DNA from: Desulfobacterales bacterium
GTDB taxonomy: Bacteria; Desulfobacterota; Desulfobacteria; Desulfobacterales; UBA5852
DNA: 64,000 nucleotides
Direction: 5' to 3'
Assembly (NCBI GenBank): GCA_963674755.2
Contig: CAXXVS010000003.1
Coordinates: 1,984,001-2,048,000 of the forward strand
Shown: in pieces, positions 39,795-51,400 of the stretch
Numbering within the stretch: the stretch's first letter is position 1
Layout of the letters: the number at the start of each line of letters is the position of its first letter
The notes under the pieces: model-generated
Databases searched by the model: none
The model's input: only the letters and a program-made list of their open reading frames with translations
Told to the model about the DNA's origin: nothing
Program-made: the position numbers and the translations under genes

Positions 39795-40210
39795 CGGGGT
39801 CGCATCCTCATCTGTGGTCTGCCGGGGTGAACCGCCGGCAGGTTGGGCGGCATTCGGGCCGTCTTCAGCAAAGTCCGGGGCTGCGATCATCCATCCGGCG
39901 GCAGCATTTGTACCTGTTACCAACGGTCGGCGCCCCTCGCCAGATGGGTGCCGGCTGCTGAGAACGACCGGAACGGATCGTGCCGTAAGCCATGACGGCC
40001 CAGCGTCCATGCAACGCTACGGGCCAAAATTTAGCACAAAAGCGCAAAACTGGCATATGGGAGCGGTTGTTGTCAACGATTTCCGGTGAGAATCAGGATA
40101 GGAAAGCCAGGGAGCGGATTTTCCGGGCTGTGATCGGCCGTGCTGCGGATGTGTTCCGAATCCGATGTTATTTCAGACGGGCCCCTCTTGAATGCTGCCG
40201 GACGTCAGTT

Positions 40211-41227
40211 TTAGGCTTTAAAGGCAACGGCCTCGGGCGATTGGACGTCGGGCAGCGCGGCCTCCAGCTGTCCGGCAAACCGGACGATGCGGGCTTCGTG
40301 CCAGAAAAGACCGTTCCAGACCCGCGGCAGAAACCCGACATGCCCGCCGGAGCGGGGGGTTTCCAGAAACAGCTGGGGATTGCGACGGGCGGCGGCGTAG
40401 GGGAAACAGGCGCCGTCCAGAAATGGATCGTTCCGGGCGTTGATCACCAGGGTGGGCACCCGGATGCGGTCCAGGAAATTCAGGGCGCTGCAGCGCCGCC
40501 AGTAGTCCTCGGCATCCCGGAAGCCGTGGACCGGGGCGGTAAAGAGATCGTCGAAGGCCCTGAGGGTGTGGGCCGCGGCCAGCTTGGGCAGGTCGATGAC
40601 GCCCGGGTAGCGGCGGGCTCTCCAGAGGGCTTTGGCCTTGAGGGTGCGCAGAAAACGCCTGGTATAGATCCGGTTGACGGGCAGGTCGAGCCGGCGGGCG
40701 CTGGCCGCAAGGTCGCAGGGCACCGAAACCGCGGCGGCCCAGTGCTGTTTGGCATCCAGGGCCGGACCGTTTTCGCCGAGGTATTTGAGCACCAGATTGC
40801 CCCCCAGGCTGAAGCCGATCCAGCCCATGCGACGGCAGGCATGGTGTCCGGCCAGGTGGCGGTGGACCGCGGCCAGATCCTCGGTGGCACCGCTGTGGTA
40901 GGCCCGCAGGCGGCGGTTGTCCTCCCCGCTGCAGCCCCGATAGTTGTAGGCGACAGCATCCCAGCCGGCCCGGTTGAAGGCCCGCGCCATGCCCCGGATA
41001 TAAGCCGCCTGGGAGCTGCCTTCCAGACCGTGGCAGAGGACCACCAGAAGGCGGCTGCCGCAACGGGCCCAGTCCAGGTCGATGAAGTCGCCGTCGGCGG
41101 TTCCGATGCGTTCCCGCTGATAGGTGACGCCGTTGACGCGGCGCAGGAGGGACGGCAGAATCGTCTGCAGATGGCCGTTGGCCATCCCCGGCGGGGGGCA
41201 ATAGGTTGAAGGCGAAACGATGGGCAT
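40211..41227 (-). CDS. YheT-family alpha/beta hydrolase
   Basis: NGHLQTI, HGLEGSS, GFSLGG nucleophile elbow, NDPF, GGHVGF. Confidence 0.92.
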   Translation of the reverse strand: MPIVSPSTYCPPPGMANGHLQTILPSLLRRVNGVTYQRERIGTADGDFIDLDWARCGSRLLVVLCHGLEGSSQAAYIRGMARAFNRAGWDAVAYNYRGCSGEDNRRLRAYHSGATEDLAAVHRHLAGHHACRRMGWIGFSLGGNLVLKYLGENGPALDAKQHWAAAVSVPCDLAASARRLDLPVNRIYTRRFLRTLKAKALWRARRYPGVIDLPKLAAAHTLRAFDDLFTAPVHGFRDAEDYWRRCSALNFLDRIRVPTLVINARNDPFLDGACFPYAAARRNPQLFLETPRSGGHVGFLPRVWNGLFWHEARIVRFAGQLEAALPDVQSPEAVAFKA

Positions 41228-41425
41228 GGCCTTTTCCCTGCAAATCGTATAGAACCCATCCCGAACGAAAACCGTGCTTTTAAGACAGGTTCGAACCTTT
41301 TAGCCCCGCCTGATCCCGAAGGCAAGCCGCCGCTGCAAAAAGGGGGCGTTTTTTCGGTCCGGTCAATCAGACGCCGAACGATCCGCGTGCCGGGCACGAA
41401 GCGGCCCGGCAGGAACAGGGATGAA

Positions 41426-42238
41426 ATGGACCATCGCAAGCCCCCTAACGTACTGACGGTGGCCGCGGCCGGCGACGGCTGGCTGGTGGTGGACAAACCG
41501 GCCGGGATCAGCGTGCACAACGACCCCGGACATGATTTATGCGCCCATGTAGAGCGCCTCCTGGCCGCCGATCACCAGCTGGCGGACCGGACGGGCTTTG
41601 CCGGGGACGGCAGCATCCATGCGGCCCACCGCCTGGACCGGGATACCAGCGGGCTGGTGCTGCTGTGCTGCCAGGCAGCGGCCCTGGCGTTCTATGGGGC
41701 GGCCTTCCAGGCTCGGGGCATTGGCAAGTGTTACCTGGCTGTTTTGCACGGACAGCTCGACGGGCCAGATGGGCCCGGCGTGTGGTCGTTTGCGCTGGCG
41801 CGCTCCGGCGCCGGGCGAAAGCACCCCGCTGGCCGGGGTAAGCGGGTGGCCTGCCGCACCGCCTTCCGGGTGCTCTTTCACAGCGACCACTACACCCTGG
41901 CCGCCTGCACCCCTTTGACCGGGCGTCCCCACCAGATCCGGCGCCACGCCAAACTGGCCGGTCACCCGGTGGTGGGGGACCGGCGCTATGGGTCACCGCG
42001 CTCCCTGCGCTACCTCAAGGAAGAGGCGGGCTTTGCGCGCCTGGGGCTGCATGCCTACGGTCTGGACCTGCCGGTGCCTGACCGGACGGACCGCCGGGTG
42101 GTGGTGTCCGGATCGCCCCTCCAGGCTTTCCTCCGGCTGCTGGCAGGAGACGGCGGACCTCCCGGCGCCGCGGTGGCGGATGCCCTCCGGGAACTGGCCG
42201 ATCCCCGCTGTTGGCCGGGCCACAGTGCCCATCCATAA
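41426..42238 (+). CDS. RluA-family pseudouridine synthase
   Basis: DKPAG, HRLDRDTSG, TGRPHQIRRH, GHPVVGD..YG, LHA. Confidence 0.93.
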   Translation: MDHRKPPNVLTVAAAGDGWLVVDKPAGISVHNDPGHDLCAHVERLLAADHQLADRTGFAGDGSIHAAHRLDRDTSGLVLLCCQAAALAFYGAAFQARGIGKCYLAVLHGQLDGPDGPGVWSFALARSGAGRKHPAGRGKRVACRTAFRVLFHSDHYTLAACTPLTGRPHQIRRHAKLAGHPVVGDRRYGSPRSLRYLKEEAGFARLGLHAYGLDLPVPDRTDRRVVVSGSPLQAFLRLLAGDGGPPGAAVADALRELADPRCWPGHSAHP

Positions 42239-42368
42239 ATGGTATCTTTTGGTCCCTGGCGGCGTTCTCGCCTCCTGTCGGTCCTCGGCGTAGCCGGGCT
42301 ACGCCTGTGGGCGCCAGTCGGCTGCGGCCTTGCCAGAAACCAAAATCTACCATCTCTGGATGGGCACT
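42224..42368. repeat. Family B long-hairpin repeat, copy 4
   Basis: IR AGTGCCCATCCA / TGGATGGGCACT; apical GGCGTAGC-CGG-GCTACGCC. Confidence 0.88.
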
Positions 42369-42483
42369 CTCTAAACCAGCTATTTCATTTGACAAGGTTT
42401 TTGGTTTCATCATACCTTGCCCGTGTTTCAAGGATGGATCCCGTTTTCGCGCCGCCTGGCCCGCCGTATTAAGGTACCGTTGC

Positions 42484-43581
42484 ATGAATCAGCTCTTTCG
42501 CGATTTGATCGACCGCTATTTTTCGAACCCCCAGGTGCTGATCCTGTGGTTTCTGCTGATCCTGGGGTTTACCCTGGTGTTTTTCCTGGGCAACATGCTG
42601 GCGCCCGTGCTGGCGGCCATCGTGATCGCCTATTTGCTGGAAGGCCTGGTGGGCCTGCTTGAACGACGCAAATTCCCCCGCCTGGCGGCCGTGCTGGTGG
42701 TCTTCCTCTTTTTTATGGTCAGTCTCCTGGCCCTGCTCGTCATTCTGCTGCCGCTGCTGTCCCGCCAGCTGGGCCAACTGCTCCAGCAGCTGCCCACCAT
42801 GTTCGCCAAGGGCCAGAGCCTGCTGATCCAATTGCCAGTGAAATATCCGGGCTATGTCACCGAAGAGCAGATCCGTCAGGTCATCGCCTCCCTCAGCTCC
42901 CAGATAACGGGTCTGGCCCAGCAGATCCTGTCCTTTTCCCTGGCTTCGGTCCGGGGCTTGATCGCGAGCATCATCTACCTCATCCTGGTGCCGCTGATGG
43001 TGTTTTTCTTCCTCAAGGACAAACGGCTGATCACGGACTGGGTCAAGGGCTTTTTGCCGGACAATCGCGGCTTGGCCCGGGAAGTCTGGGTCGAGGTCAA
43101 CCATCAGTTCGCCAACTATGTGCGCGGCAAGATCATGGAGATCATCATCGTCGGGGTGATCGCCTATATCGTCTTTGTTTCCATGGGGCTGCAGTTTTCC
43201 ATGCTGCTGGCCCTCCTGACCGGGCTTTCGGTGCTGGTGCCCTATATCGGCGTGACGGTCATCTTTTTCCCGGTGGCCCTGATCGCCTTTTTCCAGTGGG
43301 GGGCCACGAGCGCCACCCTCTGGGTCATGATCGCTTACGGCATCATCCAGATCTTCGACGGCAACCTCCTGGCCCCCCTGCTGCTCTCCCGGGTGGTCAA
43401 CCTGCACCCGGTGGCGATTATCGTGGCCGTTCTGGTGTTCGGGGGGTTCTGGGGGATTGTGGGGTTGCTGTTCGCCATTCCCCTGGCAACCCTCTGCCAG
43501 GCCGTCATCCGGGTCTGGACGGGAAGCCTGCAAAAGGACGCTTCCTCATCGGAATCCTCACCCCCTCCCGACGACGTTTGA
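42484..43581 (+). CDS. AI-2E (PerM-like) family transporter
   Basis: Multiple TM helices, FFLKD, VPYIG, DGNLLAP, LHPVAII, AIPLA. Confidence 0.92.
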   Translation: MNQLFRDLIDRYFSNPQVLILWFLLILGFTLVFFLGNMLAPVLAAIVIAYLLEGLVGLLERRKFPRLAAVLVVFLFFMVSLLALLVILLPLLSRQLGQLLQQLPTMFAKGQSLLIQLPVKYPGYVTEEQIRQVIASLSSQITGLAQQILSFSLASVRGLIASIIYLILVPLMVFFFLKDKRLITDWVKGFLPDNRGLAREVWVEVNHQFANYVRGKIMEIIIVGVIAYIVFVSMGLQFSMLLALLTGLSVLVPYIGVTVIFFPVALIAFFQWGATSATLWVMIAYGIIQIFDGNLLAPLLLSRVVNLHPVAIIVAVLVFGGFWGIVGLLFAIPLATLCQAVIRVWTGSLQKDASSSESSPPPDDV

Positions 43582-43730
43582 ACCGATGCCGGCCGGCATC
43601 GGCCCGGGCGGGCCCCGCGTCCGCCCCAACGCTCATTCGCATCCCGGTTGATCCTCCTTTTTCGAATTGCAAAAAAAAACAGATGCGCTATGTTACGCGC
43701 CAATCCAGAGGGTCGGCCTTTCGCAGGTAA

Positions 43731-45671
<1,941 letters not shown>

Positions 45672-45717
45672 GACGGCCGGCAGCGCGTTGCCGGCCCTGC
45701 AGTGAGGAATGCTACGC

Positions 45718-48006
45718 ATGAGATCCAACGGGATCAACGATACCGTGGAACGCCAGCCATTGGCGGTGTTTACCGAAAAGGCCTACCGCGACTACGCCAT
45801 GTACGTCATTCTGGACCGGGCCCTGCCGCATATCGGCGACGGGCTCAAACCGGTCCAGCGGCGCATCATCTACGCCATGTCCGAGCTGGGGCTCAAGGCC
45901 ACGGCCAAGTACAAGAAGTCCGCCCGCACCGTGGGCGACGTGCTGGGCAAGTTCCACCCCCACGGCGACAGCGCCTGCTACGAGGCCATGGTGCTGATGG
46001 CCCAGCCCTTCTCCTACCGCTATCCCCTGATCGACGGCCAGGGCAACTGGGGCGCCCCGGACGATCCCAAATCCTTTGCCGCTATGCGCTATACCGAAGC
46101 CAAACTCTCCCCGACCGCCGAGATGCTGCTGGCCGAGATCGCCCAGGGCACGGTGGACTGGATTCCCAATTTCGACGGCACTCTGGAGGAACCGGCGGTC
46201 CTGCCGGCGCGCCTGCCCCATATCCTGATGAACGGCACCACTGGCATCGCCGTGGGCATGGCCACCGATATCCCGCCCCACAACGCCCGGGAACTGGCCG
46301 GGGCCTGCATCCACCTGCTGCAGGACTCCCAGGCCGATCTGGACGCCTTGATGGATCATCTGCCCGGACCGGATTTTCCCACCGAGGCGGAAATCATTAC
46401 ACCCCCTGAAGATATCCGGCAGATTTACGAGACCGGCACGGGCACCCTGCGCATGCGGGCCCGGCATGACTTCGAAAACGGCGATATCGTCATTACGGCC
46501 CTGCCGCACCAGGTCTCCGGCGCCAAGGTGCTGGAGCAGATCGCCGCCCAGATGCAGGCCAAGAAACTGCCCATGGTGGCCGACCTGCGGGACGAGTCCG
46601 ACCATGAAGACCCCATCCGGCTGGTGATCGTGCCGCGTTCCAACCGGGTGGACCGGGATGTGCTCCTGGCCCATCTCTACGCCACCACCGATCTGGAGAA
46701 GACCTACCGGGTGAATCTGAACGTGATCGGGCTCAACGGCCGCCCCCAGGTGAAGAGCCTGGTGGGCCTGCTGACGGAATGGCTCGAATTCCGCACGGAA
46801 ACCGTGCGCCGCCGGCTGCAGCACCGCCTGGATAAAATCAGCCGCCGGCTGCACATCCTCGAAGGGCTTCTGATCGCCTATCTCAATATCGACGAGGTGA
46901 TCCGTATTATCCGCACCGAAGACAAGCCGCGACCGGTGCTCCAGGAACGGTTCGGTCTGAGCGAGGAGCAGGCCGAGGCCATCCTGGAGATGAAGCTGCG
47001 TCACCTGGCCAAGCTGGAGGAAATCAAGATCAAAGGGGAGCAGGCGGCGCTGGCGGCCGAGCGCAAACAGCTCGAGGCGGTGCTCGACTCCCCGGCCCGG
47101 CTGCGCACCCTGATCCGCAAGGAAATCGAAGCCGATGCCAAGCTCTACGGCGACGAGCGCCGTTCCCCCATCGTGCGCCGCCAAGCGGCCCAGGCCATTA
47201 CCCACGAGGAGATGCTCCCGGTGGAGAACATCACCGTGGTCCTTTCCCAGGGGGGCTGGATCCGCTCGGCCAAGGGCCACGACATCGACCCCGACGGCCT
47301 GAGCTACAAGGCCGGCGACCAACATTTAGCCAGCGCTCACGGACGCAGCAACCAGCAGGCGGTCTTTCTGGATTCCACCGGCCGGAGCTACGCCCTGCCG
47401 GCCCACCAGCTGCCTTCCGCCCGGGGCTACGGCGAACCCCTGACCGGGCGGCTATCCATCGAAACCGGCGAGCGCTTTGTGACGGTGTTGATGGGGGACG
47501 ACCAGGCGCGCTATCTCCTGGCCAGCGATGCCGGATACGGCTTCGTGGTCAAATTGGAAGATATGATTTCCCGCAACCGCAACGGCAAGGCCCTTTTGAC
47601 GCTGCCGCCGGGCGCCGCCCCCCTTATGCCGCTTCCGATAGAGGATGTGGCCACGGAGCGGGTCGTGGCCGTGAGCAACGAGGGCCGCATGCTGATCTTC
47701 CCGCTGCAGGATTTGCCTGAACTGCCTCGCGGCAAGGGCAACAAGATCATCCAGATTCCCAAAGAGCGGGCCAAACGCCATGAGGAATATTTATCCCAGC
47801 TCTTTCTCCTGCCCGACGCCGCCGATCTGGTGGTGCACGCCGGCAAACGCTTCGTCACCCTGAAAGGGGCCAGCCTGGAAGCCTTCGTAGCGTTGCGCGG
47901 CCGGCGCGGCCGCAAGCTCCCCCGGGGTTTCCGCAACGTGGACCGCATGGAGGCCCTAGTGACGCCGGCCGCGGACGTGGCGTCCGAGCCAGCAGATCCG
48001 CAATGA
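45718..48006 (+). CDS. parC: DNA topoisomerase IV subunit A
   Basis: [35 protein letters not shown] catalytic Tyr; E. coli ParC-like; start 45709 or 45718. Confidence 0.96.
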   Translation: MRSNGINDTVERQPLAVFTEKAYRDYAMYVILDRALPHIGDGLKPVQRRIIYAMSELGLKATAKYKKSARTVGDVLGKFHPHGDSACYEAMVLMAQPFSYRYPLIDGQGNWGAPDDPKSFAAMRYTEAKLSPTAEMLLAEIAQGTVDWIPNFDGTLEEPAVLPARLPHILMNGTTGIAVGMATDIPPHNARELAGACIHLLQDSQADLDALMDHLPGPDFPTEAEIITPPEDIRQIYETGTGTLRMRARHDFENGDIVITALPHQVSGAKVLEQIAAQMQAKKLPMVADLRDESDHEDPIRLVIVPRSNRVDRDVLLAHLYATTDLEKTYRVNLNVIGLNGRPQVKSLVGLLTEWLEFRTETVRRRLQHRLDKISRRLHILEGLLIAYLNIDEVIRIIRTEDKPRPVLQERFGLSEEQAEAILEMKLRHLAKLEEIKIKGEQAALAAERKQLEAVLDSPARLRTLIRKEIEADAKLYGDERRSPIVRRQAAQAITHEEMLPVENITVVLSQGGWIRSAKGHDIDPDGLSYKAGDQHLASAHGRSNQQAVFLDSTGRSYALPAHQLPSARGYGEPLTGRLSIETGERFVTVLMGDDQARYLLASDAGYGFVVKLEDMISRNRNGKALLTLPPGAAPLMPLPIEDVATERVVAVSNEGRMLIFPLQDLPELPRGKGNKIIQIPKERAKRHEEYLSQLFLLPDAADLVVHAGKRFVTLKGASLEAFVALRGRRGRKLPRGFRNVDRMEALVTPAADVASEPADPQ

Positions 48007-48038
48007 TTCCCTTGCGCTAATTTTATTTCGATCCAGAT

Positions 48039-48272
48039 CCTCCGTCTCTGGTGGAGGGTCTGGAGAGATTCTACCGAACTGGGACGCTTTCTCCTAAATG
48101 GACGCTTCATTTTCTTCCACGGGGAAGAAAACGAACCAAAAGAAGACGCCCCGGTCCGGCTTGATCCTGCGCGTCGCCGACAGGGGCGGCGCGTGTCGGA
48201 ACGCGCTTTACGCAGACACGCCGGCACGCTTTTTCCGCCCCGTCGCCGATGCGCGGCACGGGACAATGGGAA
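48039..48272 (+). repeat. Family A repeat, copy 4
   Basis: Shares the 5' module with 33128 and TTCATTTTCTTCC..GGAAGAAAACGAACCAA, CTTGATCCTGCGCGTCG, GGGACAATGGGAA. Confidence 0.85.
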
Positions 48273-48437
48273 ACCTGAACATCAAAGACGAAAACACCGA
48301 TTTCAGGCCCCTATATAGGGGATGGTTGGAGCCCCACGCTCTACGCGGGGGCACGCATTAGGATAGCTTCACAGCTGGTGGAGCACCCTAAACATTTCGT
48401 CCGCGCCGGCAAGCTGCTTATCCGCCGGAGCTTTTAT

Positions 48438-51400
48438 TCATGCCGGGGATGCCGTCTGCCACAGGCCGGCCAGGGCCACGCCGAGGGCATCGAGGACCAA
48501 CGGCAGGTGCAGGTCGGCGATGGGGTCACCGGCCACCGCCGGCAGGATCAGCAGGTTGCTCACCGGAAAGCTGAAGACGGTTTCGGCTCCCGCCTGCCGG
48601 AGGCGATCTTCCTGGGTGATCACAACGAGCCGCGGCACCCGGCTGCCCAGCAGGGAAAGTTCATCGAGCATGGCGGGCAGGGCCCGCTCGCCGGTCATGT
48701 CGAGAATGATCAGATTGTCCTGGCGGGTGTCATAATCCGGCTGCAGGACCGGCAGATACCAGCAGTGGCCGGCATAAAACGGCATCTGCGGTTTCAGCAG
48801 GGGCGTGGCCGGCGGCCGGGCCAGGAACGCATCGACCGATCTTCCCCCCAGATACGCCGCTTCCCAACGGGCAACGGCGGCTTCCCCGTAACATCCCACC
48901 ATGTCGTCGCGCAGGGTCAGACCGACGAATTTCCCATCGGCATGGCCGTCGATGGTGACGATGGGGCCATGACCGGACGTGCCGGGCGCATGGTGGACCA
49001 TCATCAAACGTCCGGCGGCGTCGAAGGCCCTTTCCCATACCCGGCCTGGTCCGGCGAAGGGACTGATGAAAAAGGCGGATCGATAGCGGGCGTTATCGGT
49101 GGCCACCTTGCGCAGGCCGTCCAGGAGGCCTTCGTCCTGCAGGATCGCCTCCAGCGCCTGGCCGGCGGCGTGCATGTGGCCTTCAACGATCGTGGCCCTT
49201 TGCGGGGCGTGCCGGTGCCAGGCGCGGGCCAGCAGAAGATTCAGGCCGGCGTACACCCGGGCCGTCGCGCCGCAGCTCCCGGCCGACGGTAATCTAAAAC
49301 GTGCGATCGCCGTCGTGGCGGCCGCTTCAGTAGGCGGAGAAGCCGCTCCGATCCAGACGAATTTGCGCCCGGTTAAGGCCGTCCAGTCGTTTGCTGCCGG
49401 GGTCGGGGCGGCGCCCGTGGATGTGATCAGAACCAGTTCGTCTTCGGAGACGTGTCGTGGCCATTCTCCGGCCGGAAGTGCCCGGATGGGCAGCGTGATC
49501 AACCGTCGCCAGAAAACCGCGGCATCGTGGACGGCGGCGCGGGCCGCAGGGTCGAGGGATAGGGCGAGGATGCCGTTGATTTCGGAGCGCGTGTCGAAGA
49601 GGCAGCGCCCCAACTCCTGGAGGCCGTCCTCTCCGCATGCGCCCAGAGCGACCAAAGGATCTTCCTGTTGGAGCTGCCCGGCCAGGCGGCGTAGACCGCC
49701 AAGCGCTTCCTGTGCTGCGGGCGCCCCGAGCGCCGCTTCCCATGGCGTCATGGATGTCATGGGGTGCGGACCGTCGGCAACCCTCTTGCCGGCTGTTGCC
49801 GCAGCGATCCGCTTGAGCTCGGCGGCCGGCGACCGACCCGTCTTGGGCTGGGAGCGCGTAACGGTGGACGATTTGGTGCGGTTGCGGGGAGCGACGCCGG
49901 CCCCGTGGCCGCAGGCCAGGCCGACATCGAGGGCCAGCCGGAAATAAAACGCCAGATCGAGATAGGCCTGGCTGATGTCGTCCTGCCACGGCAGCACGAG
50001 GCAGCGCCCTGCGCAAATCTGCTGCATGCGTTCCTGATGCCGGTTGGGGCAGGTGACCACCGCCAGGTCGATGCCGGCGGCGGCCAGCTTTTCAATCACC
50101 GCGGCGGCGGCATCGATGCGGCGCCGGCGGGTAGCGTGGACGATGACAAAGCGCCCCGGCGACCATTGGCCGGGTTCCATGGCGAGAATGTCGTCATAGG
50201 TATGCCACCGTCCCGGGGCATACCAGCTGGCTTCTTCGATTTTGAGGGCCATTTCGTTGCCGATACCGGCCGCTTCGGGGGTACTCACGGCGATAATGGC
50301 GCTGGCCCCGGCAATGGCGTCCGCCGTCCGCCGGGAAAAGGCGATGACGTCGGGGTCGTCGTTGAGCCGGTCGATGCGTTCGGGCAGATCGTTCACGATG
50401 CCCAAAATTGGGTCGAGGCTTGTCAGCATTTGCTTCTGTACGCCGATCCAGGCGGTCAGCAGATGGAGGCACAAAAGGGTGCACAGCGCGCTTTTGATGC
50501 TGGCGATGGTCACTTCTTCGCCGCTGAAAACGGGCATCACGCCGGCCGATTTGGCCGCGGCCAGGGCCATGTCGGCAAACCGTTTTTCGGTGATGCCCAC
50601 CATGAGGATCTTGTCATGGAGCAGCTGCTGGGCCAGCTGGACCATTTCCGCCGTGGTGGAAGACCAGCTCAGCATGACGACCAAATCCTGCTGGGGAAGG
50701 ATCTGGCGGCGAGGGGTTTCGATCGCGCCGGGTCGCCATACATCGACGGCCATTGCGGGCATCAGATCCAGCAGAAAACTGCGGACGATGATTGCCATAT
50801 GAAGGTTGCTGCCGGTTCCCACCAGAATCAAGCGGCGCAGCCCCTCCAGGTGGGGTCCGAAACGCCGGTGAAGGGTGCGGATATGGAGGGTATCGGCCGG
50901 TCCCCAGGAACCGGCGCCGGGACTGTAGATATCGAGGATATAGCGAAAGCGTTCCGGAATTTCGCGCAGGTGGGTTTCGTGAAACGAGCGGTCTCCATCC
51001 TTGCGAACGGTCACCGGATCGAGCCGGGTTTCGAAGGGCTCCACATCCGGTAAGGGGTTGCCGTCAAAATCGCTGATCGTCACCGCCCGGCAGACGCTGC
51101 CCTCTTCCAGGGCGGTTTCGATCCGAGCGAATATCTCCTCGCCGTCGAGGGGATGGACTTCTACGGCGAAGGGCGCCAGCAGCCGGGCACGCTGCGCGGC
51201 AAAACGGGCCTGCGCGGTGCGCCGTGCATTGGGTTCGTCCCCCGCTTGCGTTTTTTGGGCCAGGGTTGTCCGGCGGCGCTGCTCCAGGTTATCCAAGGCG
51301 TTGATGGTGGTCTCGATGAGGCTTTGGGGAAAGAGTCCCAGGGCGGCATTGATATCGGAGACCACCATGAAATCATCGTTTTCGAGACGCCGCACCACGA

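Noticed and set aside
48325..48355. GAGCCCCACGCTCTACGCGGGGGC hairpin resembling an IS605 right end
   Set aside because: Single short instance with no transposase; it could equally be a convergent-gene terminator.
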